From Eledone cirrhosa (Eukaryota), in contig OZ024742.1 in assembly GCA_964016885.1 (NCBI GenBank), positions 370,264,001 to 370,328,000 of the forward strand: 64,000 nucleotides of DNA. Reading direction: 5' to 3'. Shown in pieces: positions 55,926 to 64,000 of the stretch; positions within the stretch are counted from its first letter, which is position 1; the number at the start of each line of letters is the position of its first letter. A program made the translations under genes and the position numbers. Below the pieces are notes generated by a model that saw nothing but the letters and a program-made list of their open reading frames with translations, searched no databases and was not told where the DNA came from.

Positions 55926-56074
55926 AATGGCTAAAGGGTTATGAAGTTTATTCTGTAATCATGAAGTTCCTAGTTCAATCCCACCTGGTGTTATCTTGAG
56001 AAAGTGTCATTTACCTTGGGTCGACCCATGTCTTGTGAGAGAAACTGTGTAGACAGAGTGTTTGGAAGCCCACC
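55926..56074 (+). mobile_element. Degenerate tRNA-derived SINE 5' part
   Basis: A-box-like tggctaaagggtt, B-box-like tagttcaatcccac, then cttgagaaagtgtc...ccttgggtcgacc...ggaagcccacc. Confidence 0.55.
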
Positions 56075-56077
56075 AGA

Positions 56078-56116
56078 TGTTTATCACAGGGTCATCTAAT
56101 GACCCTGTGATAAACA
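56078..56116. repeat. Perfect 18-bp hairpin with 3-nt loop
   Basis: tgtttatcacagggtcat-cta-atgaccctgtgataaaca. Confidence 0.95.
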
Positions 56117-56329
56117 GATGAAACTCCAGTGTAACAGAACTCAATATTTAGCATTAATGATTTATTTCGAATGAAACAGTTCTAATCGTGTAGAAGCCAT
56201 ATTCAATATTAAACTTGATATTTACACTCTACCAATGTATTGAGTACCTTACTTCGTGTGGTTACCCCTCGTTGAACCCGTGACGTTATATACATCCGGC
56301 TAAATTTACAGTCCCGTCGGAGCAAGGTA

Positions 56330-56421
56330 CAGTGTGGCCATTTCTGGCCAGACGTGTCTCATGGCGTGGATGACCAGTCTTACCCATGCAAGCGTGGACA
56401 AATGGACGTTAAATGGTGATT
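56330..56421 (+). mobile_element. RTE-type 3' terminus abutting (TA)n
   Basis: cttacccatgcaagcgtggacaaatggacgttaaatggtgat. Confidence 0.65.
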
Positions 56422-56459
56422 ATATATATATATATATATATCTTTGCGTCTCTCCGGTG

Positions 56460-56497
<38 letters not shown>

Positions 56498-56499
<2 letters not shown>

Positions 56500-56645
56500 A
56501 AAAGAGTCCAGAATTAGCTGTCGAAACGGCTTGAGCTCTGCCGTCGGGGTTCTGACTCTTTTCCTATTACCCACTCTACTACCCTAAGTATCGAGTACTC
56601 TGGTGCGTTATGGTCCGCCTGGTTCCTTACCACACTTCCTTCGTT
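56498..56645 (+). mobile_element. ~150-bp insert in (TA)n carrying a partial hammerhead-ribozyme core; probable Penelope pseudo-LTR remnant
   Basis: Outer stem aggaaaagagt(c)cagaa / ttctgactcttttcct encloses CGAAAC-GGC-loop-GCC-GTC; the CUGANGA box is absent. Confidence 0.45.
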
Positions 56646-59128
<2,483 letters not shown>

Positions 59129-59736
59129 TGGTGGCTGCCAACTCGTTTTTCGAGTACGGCCACTACTTTATATCCATGTAGGAGAACTCCTACCGATGTG
59201 CTGAACGAGTGTGACTCTTTAGTCCAGCCAGCGACTTGAAAACTCTGGTACAAACACTACACTTGTGACAATTATTGACACATAGTGCTGGGCCCATGGT
59301 ACCATATGTCGACAAGTGCAGAGAGAGCTCCAGATATAAAGCAATGCCTGTGCCGTGAAGCTTTTATAGTGAGCAAAGGCACTGCACAAAGCCAGTCCCA
59401 CTCTCTTAACCAAGAGGATATTTACCAAAAAGAAGAACAAGTCAACATCATTGGATACCATCAGGGTTGCAGGTGTTATATCAGAGTTTTCCTTCTCCTA
59501 GAATTCTGCCTTGACAAAGGCTAAGGGGTCATCTCTCCCGGTGGTTTTGGATGGCCATTGACTCTTAAGAGCTCCTTTGCCCTTTGACAGGTTTTGTTTT
59601 TAGTCCCGCAGGATGTCCAAAGTCACCCTCCTCACCAAGAAACCTTGGTGGGGTTGCCAGTTTAGTCGCCAACGACCCGACCATGACACAGGTTGTACTG
59701 GGATACAGTACAACCTGTGTCATGGTCAGGTCGTTG
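59129..59736 (-). mobile_element. ~610-bp non-autonomous RTE-derived element (5'UTR-like part + C-terminal C2H2 finger + 3' stem-loop) embedded in (TA)n
   Basis: Minus strand: 31-bp terminal hairpin; ctaggagaaggaaaactctga (RTE 5'UTR-like motif, from recall); [25 protein letters not shown] at 59273-59190; terminal stem-loop 59131-59163. Confidence 0.6.
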
Positions 59737-59851
59737 TATATATATATATACATACATATATATATACATATATACATATATACATATACATATACATATA
59801 TATATATACATATACATATATACATATATACATATATACATATATACATAT

Positions 59852-59904
<53 letters not shown>

Positions 59905-59935
59905 CACATATACATATATACATATATATATATAC

Positions 59936-59983
<48 letters not shown>

Positions 59984-60125
59984 TTATATATACACATATA
60001 CATATACATATATATATATATATATTTATATATACACATATACATATATACATATATATATATATATTTATATATATATATATTTATATATATATATATT
60101 TATATATACACATATACATATATAC

Positions 60126-60171
<46 letters not shown>
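59737..60171. repeat. (TA)n/(TACA)n microsatellite
   Basis: Directly visible. Confidence 0.95.
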
Positions 60172-60175
<4 letters not shown>

Positions 60176-60377
60176 TGTTATATTTGGGGAGGGTCATATT
60201 TGCGTAATATTGCCAGAATTAATAACAGAACACACTCACTGTTTGGTTGGTTTTCGCTTCTCGCTGTCTTTTATATATATATATCTGCGATCTAACTTAC
60301 TCGGTCCTCAATGTTGCCATTGACTGACCGGCGGTCAAAAATAATACAGATACAATATAGACAAACACATATATATA

Positions 60378-60427
60378 TAGTTTACATAAATCTTTCGTTG
60401 CACATCTGCAACATCGTCAGTGGTGTT
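60378..60427 (-). ncRNA. Hammerhead ribozyme-like motif (type I, PLE pseudo-LTR); stem I degenerate
   Basis: Minus strand: aacacca-CTGACGA-t-GTTGCA-gatg-TGCAAC-GAAA-gatttatgtaaa-CTA. Both conserved boxes and a perfect 6-bp stem II are present. Confidence 0.6.
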
Positions 60428-60686
60428 ATATTCATTGTTCCTCCTGTTGTGTTGTATGTCTACGCCATTTTTTTTTTGTTCAGTCTGTCTATATATTTAT
60501 TTATTTATTTGCTTATCTTATTTTATTTTGTCTTCTTTGCGCATGCGTTTGCGTGTGTGTATAGTGTTATGTGTGATGTGTGACTAGTGTGTATAGTGTT
60601 GTGTCTGCTGGGTGACTAGTGTGTGTTTATGTGCTTGTGTATGTATTTATTTATTTTATTTTATTTTATTTAATTTACTTATTTAT

Positions 60687-62273
60687 TTATACTTCTCTTA
60701 GGTCAGTGTTGTTTGTTTGGGTGTTGTTGTTGTTCCACTCATTCTTTCTGTTTAGCTTTGGTCTTCTAATTTCTATTTCACTGGCCTCTCTGATTTGCCT
60801 ATCTGCTGGGTCATTCCTATGTTTAGATATTATTCTAATTTCTATGTTGTCTATGTTACCGTCATGATGTTGTCTAGCATGTTCGTATAGTACTGACCCG
60901 TTTTTTCGTCCTTTTAGTTCCCCCCAGTGTTGGTCTATCCTTTCACCTATGCTACGAGCTGTCTCACCTATGTATGTTGTTGTCGTGTTTCTGCAAGTAC
61001 CCTCTGTACATCTTATGCTATAGACTACGTTTCTAGTTTTACAGTTTATTCGGGGGTTCACCTTACATATGATACATTTCCTATTGGTACAGTGGGTTTT
61101 CTTAAATGGGTAGGTTTTGCTGATCAGGGATTTTATGGTGGTTCCTGGCTTTTCTACCACCTTTATTTTTAAGTGGGTCTTTCTCAGGGCCTTTCTACAC
61201 TGGTTAGCTAATTTCCCTCCAGGGGTGGCGTCCACAAACATGACACTCTGATATCTCTGGTTGTCGTACCATGATGTGGCCTTCCCTATCTTATGTCTAG
61301 CCCTATCTAAGCTATTCCATGATTTGCTCCTGTATAGTGGGCAAATTCCTTTCATGTCCAGTTCTATGAGGGTCTTATACTTTTCCATGGCTCCTTCGTA
61401 TACTCTGACTCTGTCTCTTTGGTTGTAGCCAGAGAACTGCATGCGGTTGATGAAGTGTTGGATGTGTCCTTCCATTTCTGTTGGGTCGCACATGTTGGAC
61501 ACATTCTTCATCACTCGTACCAAATCTGCGATCAGAATATTAAACTTAGCACTACTGGACATTGCTGAGTTTTTGAGTATCAGGTATTTGGAGGCCATGG
61601 GTTTAGCATAGTGTGAGTGGAGAATTTGGGCTCTCTCGTCTATAGTGTTAATCCAGAGTTCTGTGTCTAATACAGGTAGTCTATTGTTAGGGTGTTTGGA
61701 AGGGAAGTCTATAGTTACAGTTATACTCTGGTGTATGGAATTAGCTATCTGCTGGATGCTTTCCATCGTGCTACGTTCTAAATCAAACTTGTTAGTGCTC
61801 TCTAGTGGGGGTGTTCTTATAACTATATTGATATCGTCTACATAACGAGAGTACATGATGAGGTCTATGGAGCTTTCATTAAGGAGATCTTTAAGTCTCC
61901 TTTCCCACCATACCATGAAAAGGTTGGCAACATCGCCAGCTATGCTGACGCCGATGGCTGCTCCCTCATTTTGGGTGTAGATTTTCTCATTGAACTTAAA
62001 TATGTGGCCCTTTAGGGTAGTTTTGATACTAGCCCCTATTGCATGTGCGACCATTTTTCTTACCTGATCAGTGTTTTGGGGGGTCCGTATAGCTTTGGTC
62101 CACCCAATCCACCTTCCTATGGGAGTCTTTTTAGCCATTGAGGTTATGGTGGGGGGTCTACCTCTTATAGGTCTACTAGGGCAGAAACATCTAAGGTCAT
62201 GGCTGTCTAGGTAGTCAGTGTCGTAGGTCCAGTTCGTCTGTGTCGACGTCGCAGAACTCCACCTCACTCTCAA
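60687..62273 (-). CDS. Penelope-like reverse transcriptase + C-terminal GIY-YIG endonuclease (partial; the annotated start is not a true start, and homology shifts frame near 62220)
   Basis: YTQNEGAAIG (motif B'), RYVDD (motif C), LPVLDTELW, linker CTNRKCIIC, VVYSIRC...C...YIGETARSIGERIDQH, LYEH, RQIREA, LNRKNEW. Confidence 0.88.
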   Translation of the reverse strand: MRVRWSSATSTQTNWTYDTDYLDSHDLRCFCPSRPIRGRPPTITSMAKKTPIGRWIGWTKAIRTPQNTDQVRKMVAHAIGASIKTTLKGHIFKFNEKIYTQNEGAAIGVSIAGDVANLFMVWWERRLKDLLNESSIDLIMYSRYVDDINIVIRTPPLESTNKFDLERSTMESIQQIANSIHQSITVTIDFPSKHPNNRLPVLDTELWINTIDERAQILHSHYAKPMASKYLILKNSAMSSSAKFNILIADLVRVMKNVSNMCDPTEMEGHIQHFINRMQFSGYNQRDRVRVYEGAMEKYKTLIELDMKGICPLYRSKSWNSLDRARHKIGKATSWYDNQRYQSVMFVDATPGGKLANQCRKALRKTHLKIKVVEKPGTTIKSLISKTYPFKKTHCTNRKCIICKVNPRINCKTRNVVYSIRCTEGTCRNTTTTYIGETARSIGERIDQHWGELKGRKNGSVLYEHARQHHDGNIDNIEIRIISKHRNDPADRQIREASEIEIRRPKLNRKNEWNNNNTQTNNTDLREV

Positions 62274-62329
62274 TGATCATCTCCACACATCTTTTCACAG
62301 CAAAATCAATGTTAATGGATGGGTACAGT

Positions 62330-62370
62330 GACACCACATCCATGGATGTGGTGTCGGAAGATCTTCCGAC
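62330..62370. other. Double-palindrome junction between the two PLEs
   Basis: Perfect 26-bp palindrome gacaccacatccatggatgtggtgtc (62330-62355) overlaps perfect 18-bp palindrome gtcggaagatcttccgac (62353-62370). Confidence 0.95.
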
Positions 62371-63614
62371 TCAGCTCAGGTAACTGACCTTGTGGGCTTA
62401 TTTTTAATCAATTCGCTACATAGGAAAATACCTGGTACTACCGGAGGTTTATATAGGGATGACATGCTTTTACTTATTAATAATAATAACCCTGAACTAA
62501 ATAGAAAATGTAAACAAATTACAAAATTTTTTAATTACTTTAACCTTAAAATAGAAATTGAGAACAAACAAAGAATAGTCAATTTCCTAGATATAACATT
62601 AAATCTCAACACATGTCTCCACTATCCTTTTCACAAGTTGAATGAAAACTTAAACTATGTCAACTTTAACTCTAACCACCCCAGATCTGTCAAAAACACT
62701 ATAGTAAACTCAGTCCAAAAACGTATCTCTAGGATCTCGTCGAATAGAAAGATTTTTGACGAAAAGGCCCAATACTATAATGATGCACTAGCTAGGGCAG
62801 GGTATGCTGATAAGATTGTGTACATAGATAATGATAAACAAACTAAACAAAGTAACAACTTTTTTTAATTATGGCAACAACATTAACAACTATAATAGAA
62901 AGCATTACAATAATTCCAAAGGACAAAAAAGAAATAGAACTAGGAACATAATTTGGTTTGCCCCCCCCTTTCTCACTAAACATTAAAACCCACATCGCTA
63001 AATTATTTTTCAAAGCTCTTGATAATCGCTTCCCTAGAACACATAGGTACCACTCAATCTTCAATAGGCATACAATTAAATTAACCTACTCATCCACCAA
63101 AAATTTAGCACAAAATATTAATAGAATAAATAATAGGAACTTAAAACCTACTGATAATAGCATAAATAATATACAAGTTAACAAATGTAACTGTAGAGAT
63201 AGATCTAAATGTCCGTTAAATAACAACTGCTTAGTTAAAAATATAGTATACAATTGTAATGTTAATACTGACTCTAATTCTTTTAACTACGTCGGTTCCA
63301 CATCGACGGAATTTAAACTTCGCTATAATAACCACAAGAATTCTTTCACAGATCCAAATAAAAAATCTTCAACGGCACTATCAGGTGTACTCTGGCAACT
63401 TAAGCTAGATAACGTTAGATATTCGACGGCTTGGAATATAGTCTCAAGAGGGATTCCTTTTAATTCATCCTCTGAGACATGTGACCTCTGCGCAGAGGAG
63501 ATATTCTTTATACTAAAATCTAAAAATTCCCTTAACCTACGGACAAATTTATTCAGTTGTTGCAAACATAGATTAAACTCAACGTTTAAATATAAATTTA
63601 AATTTAAAATGTAG
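62362..63614 (+). pseudogene. Penelope-like element 2: RT (from motif B') + GIY-YIG, 5' truncated, with two +1 frameshifts in homopolymers
   Basis: SSDSAQVTDLVGLFL, GLYRDD, VNFLDITLNL, SNHP, RNIIWFAPPFS, CNCRDRSKCPLNNNC, IVY...YVGST..FKLRYNNH, CDLCAEE, LNLR...CKH. ORFs 62392-62868 and 62958-63614 join via shifts at T7 (62860) and C8 (62961). Confidence 0.88.
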
Positions 63615-64000
63615 TATATTTAGTTTGATTTATATTTATATGAGAACTAGCCGATAAATCTTTTGATTCCTAAATCTTTGATTCCCTCTTTTTACTCTTT
63701 TTATTGTTTATTTTATTTTATTTATTTTTATTTTTATTTTTTTTATTTTTATCTAAACATTCCTCATGAAAAATTAAGCTACCCTAAAAGCCGATGCTCC
63801 AAATTTTTTGAATTAACCTTACACTTGATAAACTTATATATTAAATATAGGAACATATGTAGACATTATTGGACATCATAATCTTCTTTGCGATATTCCT
63901 TGCTAGATGTGATTTGATAGATAATTTTTGGCTTTGTCTTGTAGTGAACTTGGCAATATATTGTCAATTAACTTTTGAAGGGTTGTTCTTTGTGGTTTAT

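Larger units (their letters stand above)
60172..62346 (-). mobile_element. Penelope-like element 1 (Neptune-like Cys linker), 5' truncated at RT motif A, with 3'UTR/pseudo-LTR running into (TA)n
   Basis: RT + GIY-YIG ORF, upstream frameshifted motif A (SMDVVSLYPSI), and a hammerhead-like core in the 3' region. Confidence 0.85.

Noticed and set aside
62362-63614. Selenoprotein (Naiad-type) PLE
   Set aside because: The endonuclease is C-terminal, Cys positions use TGT/TGC, and there is no in-frame TGA; the interruptions are frameshifts.
60687-63614. Single bipartite RT system, or RT-templated synthesis of the neighbouring giant satellites
   Set aside because: The two ORFs are separate truncated elements, each with its own catalytic motif C and endonuclease, and no satellite core sequence was seen within either element. 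Proximity alone is not evidence.
63615-64000. Hammerhead or pseudo-LTR downstream of PLE 2
   Set aside because: No CUGANGA...GAAA arrangement was found in the available sequence; the window ends here.

Overview
Eukaryotic, repeat-dominated DNA with no recognisable host gene. The mix of tRNA-derived SINEs, RTE tails ending in (GAT)n and very long (TA)/(CA)/(GA) tracts resembles a coleoid cephalopod (Octopus-like) genome; this is an inference. About 60% of the window is three large compound minisatellite arrays (1-22298, 25715-39320, 45766-47901), each a constant core plus a variable microsatellite linker. Nearly all ORF-track entries are translations of these repeats. Real coding remnants are all transposon-derived: several RTE-clade LINE fragments, a Helitron PIF1 helicase remnant not in the ORF track (48585-48913, minus), and two different 5'-truncated Penelope-like elements (RT + GIY-YIG) joined head-to-head at ~62350. 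The junction consists of two overlapping perfect palindromes (26 and 18 bp) sharing a 3-nt GTC overlap, resembling hairpin-opening or fold-back repair. Other notable items: hammerhead-ribozyme-like cores (60378-60427; 56498-56570), a ~610-bp hairpin-capped RTE-derived mini-element with a C2H2 finger inside (TA)n, a non-autonomous Helitron, a satellite rich in p53-type half-sites, and minisatellites arising inside SINEs. Copy numbers are length/unit estimates; family assignments are from motif recognition, not database searches.
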